In this document: positions 28,116 to 40,900 of the stretch, one piece after another
Numbering within the stretch: position 1 is the first letter of the stretch
Layout of the letters: each line of letters begins with the position of its first letter
Assembly (NCBI RefSeq): GCF_036588685.1
Contig: NC_086384.1
Coordinates: 37,572,001 to 37,636,000 of the forward strand
Source: Mytilus trossulus
Lineage: Eukaryota
DNA: 64,000 bases
Reading direction: 5' to 3'
Position numbers and translations under genes: made by a program
The notes under the pieces: generated by a model
The model's input: the letters and a program-made list of their open reading frames with translations, nothing else
Told to the model about the DNA's origin: nothing
Databases searched by the model: none

Positions 28116-29169
28116 TCAAGTGTGCCGGAAGGGTAAGCAGATCTGGCTCAACAAACACATTGCTTGCCTCCATTTCTAGATATTTTCCTCAATTCATTAT
28201 ATACAATTAAGTCAGATAGCGAGGAAACGGTTTAATTTCCAAAAACACCCAACCTTTTCGTTTTTGCTTTGAGTGTAAGGGAACGAGCATTTAACTTCAG
28301 GGGGTTAAGATTTTTCCTACAAAAATATTAAAAGCGTGCATAATTTGCGATATGCTTATTTTTGAAAGATAAACTTGGTTTAGAAGAGTGATGTTTTACC
28401 GGATAAAACAAAGACTTAATTGTTATTGTGGAAATGTAATACGTGCTTTCTTTACGTTCGTTCGAACTTTTCGTCAAAATGTCAGAAAGCTCTAGTAGAA
28501 GATTAATGGGTATATATATGTACTAATGGTTTGGTAACAGACGAGAAATTACGTATGTAAATATGGTGAGAGGTTCTAAGGGTGTAGACTTTTCTTCAAA
28601 CGTGAATTATGTAATGCATTTCAAATCATACGGCTGCGTAAAAGTTTGGGAGGTATTCTTTGGAATATTATATAGAGTAAAACATTTGTTTTGTGTTATG
28701 TGTAGCCGATTGCTAGCGGTTGCTACCAAATGAGTCGAAAGGCTAAATGATAAGTTTGTTTTTCGAAAATTTACTTCAACGATTGGATTGTAACACAAAC
28801 TTGGATATACCATTGACTGTGGCGACTCTAACGCAGTATGCTACTTCAATAACTTCTGTACTACATAGAAAGTGTCGACGTTATTATTCCTTGATTAGTA
28901 AATGATCCCTATCAAAATTTTAAAGGGGATTTATTTATTGAATTCTTATTGGATATATATTTTGTTTTTTAGAGCGGAAGAACCGGTTTTAATGATTTGT
29001 ATATCTCTCTCCTCAACGACAATCGAATGGGGAATACATGTGAATGATCAATTTGAATATGTGTCAGATTTAAATGTTTATAAAAACTAGTAGACGATTT
29101 AAATAGTTCTGTGAATTACAACCTGATTAAGATTCCGGATCGTTCTCTCGAAGTTAGATTAATTTGCCA

Positions 29170-29265
29170 GCATAAAATGACAAAAATGGCGGCAAAAAAA
29201 TGTCAAAATTGCCGAAAAAAAAGACAAAATTGCCGAAAAAAAATGACAAAATTGACGAAAAAAAA
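29170..29265. repeat. ~22-bp tandem repeat x4
   Basis: aaaaatgacaaaattgccgaaa variants. Confidence 0.7.
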
Positions 29266-31619
29266 TATCCATTACTTCAGACGTTTAGAATGTGAATTAC
29301 CTTAGTCGAAAACCAAATGTTATCATGAAATTTTTCTTACACATGCAGAAATGCTAACTAAATATGGGTAACCATGCTTTTTTCCGGCTAAAAGGACTGT
29401 GAAGTTGTCTGAAGATTATTTCTGACCAACATACATTTTTTTGTGATTAAAAAAGAAATCTCTGATATATTGAATGAGTTATCTCAGTTTAAATTAATAA
29501 GTTGAAACACTTACACCCCCCTCTCTTTTTCCGCCCAACAGGTACACATTTATTTGTTTAAACAGTGCACTAAGTAATTCTATGATTCATTTATTTTCTG
29601 TATGTAAATCACTTTTTGTTGACAATTTGTCGCAAACTTCACAAATTTAAACAATTTCCAGAAATTTAAAATCTTAACCGACTGTACACTGCTGTTTAAC
29701 AATTCACGATTGTGATTCTACATTCAAAATAGTTTTGAGAGTCATGTAAAAATAACAAGGCAATAACAATCAAAACCAAGGCGTAAACAAAGACTCATAA
29801 AGCCAAAAGACATTTACATCAACAGTTATAAATAATAAATATTAAGAAAAAACACGAACTCCACTAAAAACCGGGAGTGAAATCAGGTGCTTCGGAAGGG
29901 TAAGCATTTCTGCACCGTATTCGTAACAAATTTTAAAGCTGGTAATTGGCATTTGTAAACAAATGAAAACAACTATACTAACACACAATGACATTCGGAT
30001 GCAACTGAAAAAGATACAAAACACTGCTATGTTGGAATTTGGTATTTGAAAGCAAATGAAAACAAACCGAACACTTTAAAGATTACATTTTATAGCTGGA
30101 AGCAATTGTAAAGAACCGGAAAATTTTGAAGCACGTGTAAAACAATAGATTACTGTAAAGTTGCTATTTGTCGCACGTATAAACAACCAGAAGACTTAAA
30201 AACGAGTCTATAGGTATAATGTGGGCTTTGATATCAAGTTAAAAGTAACAAAACACTTCAAAACTGATTTTATATTGGATTATTTCTTTTTGAATTTAAT
30301 ATAAGCCGAGGGATGTGTGTTATCTCATTGTATATTACGTGCTTGTTATATTTGAATACAAGAAGACATGCATCTTGTGAGTATGCTTTTTATTTATTGT
30401 CAGTACGCAGGTACGGATCCAGAAAATTATCTTGATTTGTCATCAATACGAACTTTCTAACCATTTCATTTTGATTGATATTAAAGGCCACGTAGATAGT
30501 AAAAACCAAATGATAACTCATGGTTAACAAAATTGATTCAAATTTCATTTCGCTTTGATGTCTATGTATAAGGTATAAGGACCGATATAAAAGTTTCAGT
30601 GTAAATCATAATGCACGTAGAATCCAAAAGGGTTAACTGGGTTATAGAAAATGTACATCCCTTGGTGTTCTGCCACCGTCCGCCGTAATAACATGCCTCT
30701 GGCCTTTGTTAGTCTTGTATAATTTTAATTTTAGTTTCTTGTGTACAATTTGGAAACTAGTATTGCGTTCATTATCACTGAACTAGTATATATTTGTTTA
30801 GGGGCCAGCTGAAGGACGCCTCCGAGTGCGGGAATTTCTCGCTACATTGAAGACCTGTTGGTGAACTTCTGCTGTTGTTTTTTCTATGGTCGGGTTGTTG
30901 TCTCTTTGACACATTCCCCATTTCCATTCTCAATTTTACTGATTATGCTGTTGGTGAATAGTCAGCCCTCATCAGATCACTGGGTAGCACTTCGAAACTT
31001 ATACGATTAATAACACACCTTTCTTAAATTGTCTGTTTATTCACTTAGAAATGATTAAGAATCTAAGGTATCAACACCCTTAGGCAAATTTGACCATATA
31101 TGGATTTGGCTTTAATTCGTAGGTCTGTTTGGTCATAAAGATTATCAGCTGTTTCGTTCCTTATACATCACAGGCCTTCAAATATCTGAGCTTTCTTGAT
31201 GAAGGTTAATCCAGTAAAGCGCTTCTGAGACAGAAAGTGAATCTTTGGAGTCCTTGTGGTGGTTCAGGGTGTATACATTCGTATTCAATCCGGTCTTTAG
31301 TCGGACGATGAATCCAAAGGCTTGTGTAGATAGTGTCACGCTCTCTGAACCCTTGCAAAAACACTTTGAGTAGGTTGCTAGTTGCAAGATTAAATTTTAC
31401 TCTTACCTAATTTATCCTCATGTTCCAGTAGCTGTACCAATTTCGCATTGAATATCTTATAATATCTTTACGGTTAATTTGTTCTCGCGATTAACATACA
31501 TGAAATATTTGACACTGGAAGCTAGGAAAACATCAATCATGGTCAATCATAATGCACGCTGATCAACGCTTATTCCGGTTTAGTCATTTTAACTGCATTT
31601 TTCAAAGCTTAAAAACATC

Positions 31620-32190
31620 ATGATTCGAAAAAAATGGCAATGCCGTGGCAAAAAAGCAACCATAAAAAACGTCGAAAAGACAAACTACAGTATACAAAAC
31701 ACAACATAGAAAACTAAAGACTAAGCAACACGAGCCCCAACAAGAACCTAGAAGGATGAGCAGATCCTGCTCCACATGTGGCACCCGTTCTGTAGCTTAT
31801 GTATTTTCAAACACCGTGAAAAGTCTTAAAAGATTTAGGCCATATTCGAGGAAAAGAGGACAGACAGATTGTGGTTATGCCAATCAGAACATATTTTTAA
31901 TCATCTGTGGAACAGATATTTCAAAACGGTCAACCAACTCTTGATGGCGTCTATAATATTTGCGAATACATGATTTCAACTTCGCCAATTGAAATTGTCC
32001 AACAACTTCCTTGTAAGCATTAATTCTATATGATAGGAAATACAAGTTCTGGACTATTGAGTATATATATATATGCAGGCGCTGGTGGAATGTTGCTACA
32101 TAAAAATGGAAAGGTTACAATTGGGAAGCTGACATCATCCCTTTAGTTGTAACTCTTATCTAACCGCACCTCCTTGTAAATTTTGAGATG
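31620..32190 (-). mobile_element. Degenerate 3' fragment of a Penelope-like retroelement RT
   Basis: 32142-32071 translates to RDDVSFPIVTFPFLCSNIPPAPAY, matching the PLE RT C-terminal motif as I recall it (KRDDF.F.IVNFP.L.SNIP). Its 3' part matches dispersed repeats at ~8100-8270, 17110-17270, 19328-19550 and 27480-28150. Confidence 0.65.
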
Positions 32191-32209
32191 TCATACAAGA
32201 TGTGCGGCA

Positions 32210-32485
32210 GACTTCAGGAGCCTGTAAATCAGTGGTTGTCGTTTGTTTATGTGTTACATATTTGTTTTTCGTTCATTTTTTTTATATATAAATATGGCCG
32301 TCAGTTTTCTCGTTTGAATTGGTTAAACATTGTCATTTCGGAGCCTTTTATAACTGACTATTGGGTATGGGCTTTGCTCATTGTTGAAGGCCGTACGGTG
32401 ACCTATAGTTGTTAATTTCTTTGTCATGTTGGTCTCTTGTGGAGCGTTGTCTCATTGGCAATCATACCATATCTTCTTTTTTTAT
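32210..32485 (+). repeat. Dispersed SINE-like repeat ending gagagttgtctcattggcaatcataccacatcttc (>10 copies, e.g. 21085-21380, 26810-27020, 46328-46430, 49000-49270, 60050-60250 reversed)
   Basis: Recurrent shared sequence across the window. Confidence 0.7.
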
Positions 32486-33499
32486 ATCTTTTGTATCTGT
32501 TACCCATTATCTACATTTTCTATATAATGAATAGCTTGAACCAAGTAAAAAATATGACACTTACCATCCATTCGTTTGATGCGGTTTTTCATTTTTTTAT
32601 TTTACTTCTAGCATTTAGATAAGGACTTTCTGTTTTGAATTTTTCATTGAGTTCAGTGTTATTGTAATCCTACTTTTTTGTATCCTGTATTTTTAGCTCG
32701 ATGGGATAGGTGCGTTCAACATAGTCACCAACATGCGAATTATGTAGTGAGAAAACAGCATCTATATAGCAGAACATGCTGCTAAAGGGTATTGCAAGCT
32801 GCTTTTCATTCGTTCTCTATCAGATACTTCTGTATAAAGTCAGCCTCATAAGAATAAAGGAACAAGTCGGCAAGAAGAGGGGAACAGTTGGTGGTTCCAA
32901 TGGGAATGACTACTGTTTATTATAAAACAGATCCATCATAGTTACGTAATAAAAAGTCAGTCAGGAAAGCAATCATCTTGATAATGTCGGTTATAAATAA
33001 TGATATACGTAAAAGAGACAGCAGCCCAACAAAAAAGTACGAAAGTTATTTACTAGTATCATTTTGCACATTATTTTAAGCCTTGCATGGGGTCTTTGGT
33101 CGCCTTCATTAGGAAAAAAATCCAGACATCATAAAATATGCAATTTTCATTTCAAAAAAGACAACCAGAATGAGCTGTCTAATTTATAACCTTCTGGGTT
33201 TAACGTTAACACTATATAGAAAACCGAAAACATATTTCTTGTCTATGTTGCTTGACTCTGCATATGCATGTAACAATTATACAATAAACAAAAGATTTAT
33301 CTCAAATTTACATTCACCGTTTTGTTCTCGCTAAAAATAAGAACAGAATTTTGCATAGGAACACGTACTTTATTCACCTCAGAAACTTACAAAACCTTTG
33401 AATAGACTTATTAAGAAGGGATATAATTACGATACTGTTGTCAAGTCATTAAAGGTTGCATATTTTGGCGTTAATATTGAGTCACTGATAAGGTCTTTG

Positions 33500-34146
33500 C
33501 GTCGGAACTAAACACATTTATTCTAAAAACAGTTGTTGGCATGACACGGGTTATGTTCTTCTCATATATGTTATGATGGTATGATACTAAACCCCTAACG
33601 GGAAGGATTGTGCCTGATGTTCATATGATGAAATCATAATCTTTCAGTCAGTTTAATTGAAGTCTGGAGCTGGCATGTCAGTTAACTGCTAGTAGTCTGT
33701 TGTTATTTATGTATTATTGTCATTTTGTTTATTTTCTTTGGTTACATCTTCTGACATCAGACTCGGACTTCTCTTGAACTGAATTTTTATGTGCGCATTG
33801 TTATTCGTTTACTTTTCTACATTGGTTAGAGGTATAGGTGGAGGGTTGAGATCTCACAAACATGTTTAACCCCGCCGCATTTTTGCGCCTGTCCCAAGTC
33901 AGGAACCTCTGGCCTTTGTAAATCTTGTATTATTTTAATTTTAGTTTCTTGTACAATTTGGAAATTAGTATGGCGTTCATTATCACTGAACTAGTATATA
34001 TTTGTTTAGGGGCCAGCCGAAGGACGCCTCCGGGTGCGGGAATTTCTCTCTACATTGAAGACCTGTTGGTGACCTTCTGCTGTTATTTTTTTATTTGGTC
34101 GGGTTGTTGTCTCTTTGACACATTCCCCATTTCCATTCTCGATTTT
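33500..34146 (+). repeat. Abundant interspersed repeat (inverted copy 9025-9525; partial copies 30695-30938, 47403-47560, 60260-60397, 1300-1575)
   Basis: Near-identical blocks, e.g. ggggccagctgaaggacgcctccgggtgcgggaatttctc, in several copies. Confidence 0.8.
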
Positions 34147-34149
34147 ATG

Positions 34150-34270
34150 TACATGCCGTTGCTTTACTAGGAACAAGCACTTTGCACGTTGCTTTAATAT
34201 GAGCAAGCACTATGCATGTTGATATAATGTAAACAAGCCCTATACATGTTGCGTTTATAGGAACAGTATG
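34150..34270. repeat. Degenerate 30-bp tandem repeat x4
   Basis: ca(c/t)gttg.ttta.ta.gaacaagcact recurring every ~30 bp. Confidence 0.6.
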
Positions 34271-34655
34271 TATTTTACAATATCCCTCTTGATATTCAGC
34301 CATTGTTTTCAGTCTACATGATCTTATATTAAATGTATTTATAGCTTTTTCTTCTGCCAAATGTATAGTACAATATTTGATATATTTTATTCTAAATATA
34401 TAATCTTAAAACTCCTCTTAAATATTACAATGCATTAGAACATAAATGTATCACTGAAAGAAATCTTGGTACATTTTGATAATTTACACACATTTTCTAC
34501 AAGTGAGTTATTTTTAAAATACAAGAATAACACTAATTGAAAAGTCAACTTCCGCTGAAGTCAATAATTTTCCGGATTGTCGGGGGTTATCGGAGCTCTT
34601 GATAAACCAGAGAGCTTCCGAACCGGTTTTTCGCACAACTCAAAACTAAATAGGC

Positions 34656-34915
34656 TCAGAAAGAAGTAATTATAACTTCTTTTTCTTCTACAGAGTCAAT
34701 TTCATCTTTCGTGTCTACAGAGTCAATTTCATTTTTCGTGTCATCAAGTGTTTTATTATCTTCCTTCATAGCTGTTTCTTTCATATCTTTTGGAATCGTC
34801 CTTTTACCAAGAGACCTTTCCCTAATTGAAAGCCACCACTGCATGGCCTGGTTTTTTAAGCTTGTTTTGAAGACATATGTCCGAGAATTGGTGCACAAGA
34901 TAAGAGCTGTCTGAT
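34656..34915 (-). CDS. PKS terminal exon: PH strands 6-7 and helix (DQTALILCTNSRTYVFKTSLKNQAMQWWLSIRE), acidic repeat tail, -IITSF*
   Basis: tcatctttcAG acceptor, phase 1; PH-type strand-helix with conserved Trp; candidate AATAAA on the minus strand at 34391-34386. Confidence 0.82.
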
Positions 34916-37900
34916 CTGAAAGATGAAACACAAGACGTTAATTACTAGTATACTTTATATTTCATAAATTTAAGATAAGGAATATCTTACATGTCTAGGA
35001 ATATGATTGGTTAAAAGCGACTGCGTGGGGACCGTGTATATTCCAAATTAGGTAAGTAGGCGGGGCATATTTCAATACATGAGTAGTTCTGGTGTTACGT
35101 CCCTTTATAAACACAACCCATTGCTGATGAAAATTTTCAAGGTTTCAACAAACGATGGAATTGATGATGAACGTTTGAAATATATTCATAAAACACATTT
35201 AAAGATAACAAGTTGTTATTGTTGGCATTTTTTTTGTATATACCAATGGAAGAAGGTTCTTTATACTAACTGCAATGAATACTTGATAATTTACGTAGGT
35301 GACCAGTGTAAATACCACATGTTAAGATAGTCCGTAAGAAACATATTACGACACTATGTTTCAAAAAGATTTGCTTAATACATGTGTCTAGACGTACATA
35401 CATATTGCAAAAAATGATTCGATTGTAACTAACTTCTTGAAAAAAGTAAAATAACAAAAATGTTGAACTCCAAGCACAATTACAAAAACGGAAAGTCCCT
35501 AATCAAATGGCCAAATCAAAAGCTCAAACTCACCAAACGAATGGCAAACAACTGCCATATTTCTGACTTGGAACTAGCATTTTCTTATGGAATTAAATCT
35601 AGCGAAACCTCTCACTTTTATGACAGTCGCAGTTAGTGTTGATGTATTTATTTTCGTGGATATCGATTTTTGAAAAGCATAACTTGTACTTGCTCGGATA
35701 AAATCTTGTGTTTTTTCCATCCTAAGTTTAAAAACATACCAATAATCAATTTGTATTACTTTGAAATTGATTGAGATTCGTTATTCACCTATACACACGT
35801 TATCCACGCTAATTGGTATTCAACGAATAAAATTGAATCCTTACTTAGTCAAATAATTATTCGCAATCAATTAATACAGCAAATAATATAAATCTCCTTT
35901 CTTAGAAATGCGGAAATTTTTATGATAAATATTCCAACGTTATTGTTTCTATAAAAAAATATTACAACTGTTTGTGTATTACATGTCGCTGTTTTCTGAT
36001 TGTACGGTATGGGTATTTCTACTCTACTGGTCTTGCTCAATGTTGAATGCCATATATTGAATGCTAACATTCACGTTTTATTTGGTCCTTGTCTTACAAG
36101 CAATGATTACATATTATTTTAACATGGGCTTACCATTCATATCGACCATTCTTATATCTGTGATATCGGTGTATGCAATTCTCCTGTCCATCTTGTGGGG
36201 TTTTGTTCCCCATTTTATGAATTTTTCATCCTCTGATCCAAGGAAGAGGTATACTTCATGGTCCCAACCTTTCTTTGTCTGTTTCATGAAAACATCTGCA
36301 AAAAAATAATTGTACTTTTAAGATAATGTTGTTTATATTCCCAGTTGAAAGGTGTTAGCAAAACTGCTCGGTTGCAATAAATTATACTTTGGAGAAATTT
36401 TGTGAATTGCAGCTGTGTCTTACTGTTCTTTAGTGCTGTTGATTTATTGTGATTTTCTAAATGTATGTATTCTGCGGATTAAGATTTATGTGTTTATATG
36501 CAATGTATGTAAATGAATGTGTATGTGGGTGATCCAATTAAGAATCCCTTCACTTCAAGAAATTAAAGGATAGAAATTATATTTAGTAAATTATATTGAA
36601 TAAGAATTGATATATATGACGATAAGCTGTCGACATATTGCACTAAACTTACAATATCAATTGCAGTATAAATACAAACTAAATCAGTACTCACTTGAAA
36701 TATTTTTTTCTGAAGTTGATATTCCAGTTTTACAACTTGCTACGTTATATGACGTCATTTCCTCTAGTGTAATACCCGGATTTGCTACGAATCTCTCTAT
36801 CATCATTAGCATAAAGTTGAGAAGATTATGAGCTCTATCCTGGTCAATTATAAGTGTACTACATCCCAGTTCAAGTTCGAGTTTCTTCGTAGTTTCATCA
36901 TTCCACACATAAAAGATGGTTTCGTTGTAATAATTTCCTACCTGAAGTTTCTTAATTTTAATTGGTGTACGTTTTCCATGGTCAATAGCTAGGGATGATA
37001 TTTTTGTAGTTTCCTCCATTACAATTTGGTGCCGGAAAATCTCATTGACAGGGTGGCCCTTTACGTCCTGTATGATGTCAATAAAAGGCATATATCCGTG
37101 ATCTAATGCCTTCATGATCTTTATCTTATTTCGTTGAATAATTTCAGCAACTTGTATTGAACTGTCTTCGAATTCTTGATATAGCGGTATACGATTTGTA
37201 AAACGGTTTGCCTCTCTCTTCAACTCAGGGAAAAACATTCGGCAGTCAAGGGTTGTCATTATAGCAATTGTTGGTTGGCGTAGTTCAACGTGTAGTAGAA
37301 TTTCAAACATGGTAGCAAAAAGGTGAAACAGGGTACATTTGTTACCTTCAAGCAGAGGTCGTATCCCTGTAGCTACCTTTTCGGGTACTCTTACTCGAGT
37401 AAACTCAAAGAAGTTTGGATCTGTTGTTAAATCTCCCGTCAAAGACAATGACATTGGTTGGAGATTCTCTGGAATTACAGTTTGCCAGAAGGTTCTAAGC
37501 TCGACATCATCGTCGATCAACCGTCTTTCAATATGCAGTGCTATATCTACTGGATCTGTAGGGTCTTCATTAGGGGCGTCTGGTCGAAGGTCATTCATCA
37601 TCATCGAGATGGAATGCAAATCTAGTGCTAAATGGTTGAATAAAAATCGCATGATCGCTTGGCGACCTTTTTTGGCGTAGAAAACCCTCATTGGTAGGTC
37701 TGTTGCTGGATCAAACAGATAGTCATCTACGTTTGGAGGATGTCTAGTTTTGTGAAGTAGAAGAGATTTCTCAACAATGCGGAAGTCTATTTCAATCTCT
37801 TCCGGTTCCAGAATAACTCGTTTGACACCATATCTTATGTCGTCATGACCCGGTATAAAGAGTGTCCGCAGAGCAGGATACTTTTGATGAATTTTTACTA

Positions 37901-40900
37901 TCAACGGTTTCCAATATTCTGGCATAGCTATGACACTATCAACAGTTATATCCCCAAACATGTACAAAGATGGGTCATATTTATTCCTCATATGACCATT
38001 GTATGCTCTCTTTTCGTAAGGTGTCATAGAATTTGCGACATTAGTTTCAATTTCCTTTATTTTTATTTCCTCTTCGGCATTACCATTTTCAAGTTTGTCG
38101 TTTATTGCTTCTGCTAGTGCCATCATTGTTGTTCCGTCTGTCAGCAGCATAACTAATGAAACTTTGACATGCATAACCTTCAGGACTGTTTGTGCAAACG
38201 TCATAGCAAGCATAGAATCAACACCCAAAGCTGATATTAGCGTGTCTTCATTGAGCAATGAATGTTCTACTCCAAAAACATCGCTCGCCAGAATAAACAA
38301 TGCTTTCATAATGGCTTCCATTCTCTCTGCTCTTGGTATAGACATTATTTCATTTAGGTCAAAGTTCAATGATGCTGAATTCATCTTAGATCTTCTTTGT
38401 TCTAATATTTTGTCGACAAAACCTCTAAATCTGTACTGTACAAGGGACATGTCCTCAGAAATAAGTCCTGATGCTATTACATCCCAATCAAAAACGCCAT
38501 ACGTTACTTGTGGGCATGTGTTCTTCAAGACTTCTATTAAACTTTTCCTAATGGTTGGTATACTTAATGAAAGTAGTCCTCTTTTCTCTAAAATCTGTTC
38601 AAGACTGTCATCATTAATGGCCATGCCTACTTTGAGAGGACCCCAATTTATACTTTGACCACATAAACCAAGATGTCGACGATAGTGAGCCAATGAGTCA
38701 AGGAAAGCATTTGCAGCTCCGTAATTTGTTTGACCAGCATTACCAAAGACAGACGTCATGGAGGAATGAATGACAAAATAATCTAGAGACAGTTTTTCAG
38801 ATACAATATGTAAGTTCCATGTCCCTAGAACTTTTGGCATCAGAACTTTCTGTAGTTTTTCTCTTGTCATGGATATAAATAGAGCATCATCAAGAACACC
38901 AGCTCCCTGGAAAATGCCTTTTATTGGATATGGAGCTTCTGATATTATTCGATCAAATGACTCTTGGAGAGACTCTATACTAGTTATGTCTGTCTGCATA
39001 GTTGTAATAAAGCATTCATAACGGTCTGACATTTCCTTGATTTTAGTTTGTTTTTCATTTGAAGGTTCCCTCCTTGATAAACTGACGATGAATCCTGCTC
39101 CTCTTTCTGCTAACATATTTGTAATTTCCCAACCAAGACCCGTCATCCCACCAATAATGACGTATACAGCTGTTTTCCTGAAAATGAGATTATCTGGAAT
39201 TCTAATATCGCACATCTGTGCATCGCTCGATCCAGTGACGTCTACAACATCACTTGGAAATGGTAGTAAAGTTGTGTCAGAAGGTTCAAGTCTTATTTGA
39301 TCTTTGGACAAAAGCTTATGTTTCTGCTTTTTCAGCCAATTGATAACTGTTGGGACAATCTGTGGGAGTTTGGTTTTTGACAAAACCTCATCAACATCAA
39401 CAGTGACGAATTGGATATGAGATGAACGGGCGGCCACATAACGCTCAATTTGTAGAGGAAGGAACTGTCGTAGGGATGCTATCATTGTCACGTGTTTAGC
39501 TGCTTCTAAAAATCCATGTATCGTCTGAAGATCTATTTTCATCAATGGGATAACTATTGGTGAAATTTGGTCAGGTGACATGATTTCCTCCAATTTGAAC
39601 ACCATAGCTGGTCCTGATTTTCTAGACGCTATTAGATTTTTTAAGATAATTGCAGACATTTCATTTTCATTGTCAGTAAGAATAAGGTAGTTTTTCTTTG
39701 ATGGTAACTTGCTTACTAATTCCCATAAAAGAGAGGTAGTGCAAAGCATGCCGGGAACATATGGTTGTAAATCTGTCAGACATACCATGCATGATTTAGG
39801 AATGTTTACAACAGACTGAATTTTAAGTGGATAACACGCTACAAATTCTTTCATCGATTTATCTTTCTTGTCTTTTTTATCTATTCTTTTGCCAACAACT
39901 TCAAATGTAAGGACTCCGTAACCATCTTTATGATCTTGCGGCCAGATAGTCACTGCTTCCACTGCATTCTCAAAAGTCAATGGGTATAACGAATTGGTGT
40001 GCAGGCATGCTTTCGATACCTGAAGTAACACTGATTGATCAAACATATCTCCATCCATCTCCTGTAGGGAATAGAAGGTATCATGCAAAACATCTGGAAG
40101 GTTGCTCCTGTACTCTGCTACACAATACTTGTCAATTGACTTGACTTTTGGAGTTTTTATTCTTTCAGAATCTGGTTGCGTTACAAACTCGTTTTCATAT
40201 ATTTTCTTCTTTCTGATGGCAATTTCTGGTATTTCTAGTCTTTTATTGTTTCCTTTGAGAACAGTAAGCAACTGTTTCATGCATTCCTTAAAACTTGGAT
40301 CGATATCTACGAGATACAACTTGAAACTTTGTTCCCTTAGAACTGACCGAACCAATCCCCATAGCTCTGATCCGACAAGGTTAAACTGGCCTGATACGTC
40401 GGGTGATTGAGTACTTTGAGTCAGAATGTAGATTGGAATCGAATCCTGTCTATCTGCCATGAACTTTAAAATGGTCAGTAATAGATCACAGTTGTTGACC
40501 AAATCATCTAGTAAAACGGTACCATCCTTCGTATATTCTTCTTTCATTCTTCCATTTGCAAAAATAATACATGTTTCTTTGTCGTCTTTCACTGATTCAG
40601 CTTCACTGGGTTTGAAATGTTCTTCCAATATGTCTTCGATGATATTGGTTGAATTATTGGCAATGTAATAGCTAATTTCAAGATCACCATAAACATGATC
40701 CTTAAAAATCTGCTTTGTCTTTTCATCCCGGGAAATGAAAATAAACCTTCTGTTTTTTGGTGGATTTGATATCTCGTCCTTTTTAACATCTTTTTCTTCA
40801 TCGTCGCTTGAGCTAAATTCTTTGTCCGTGTCTTTCTTTTCATTGCTTGATAAACTGGAGCCTCCATCTTTATCTTTGTCTTTTTTCTCGCTTGAATAAC

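Noticed and set aside
24400-31000. Additional protein-coding gene between the CRD gene and the PKS
   Set aside because: Only short motif-less ORFs and repeat fragments were found; small exons cannot be excluded by eye.
34590-34622. Imperfect hairpin in the PKS 3'UTR as a SECIS or regulatory element
   Set aside because: No in-frame Sec candidate, no SECIS core recognised, and the stem is short.
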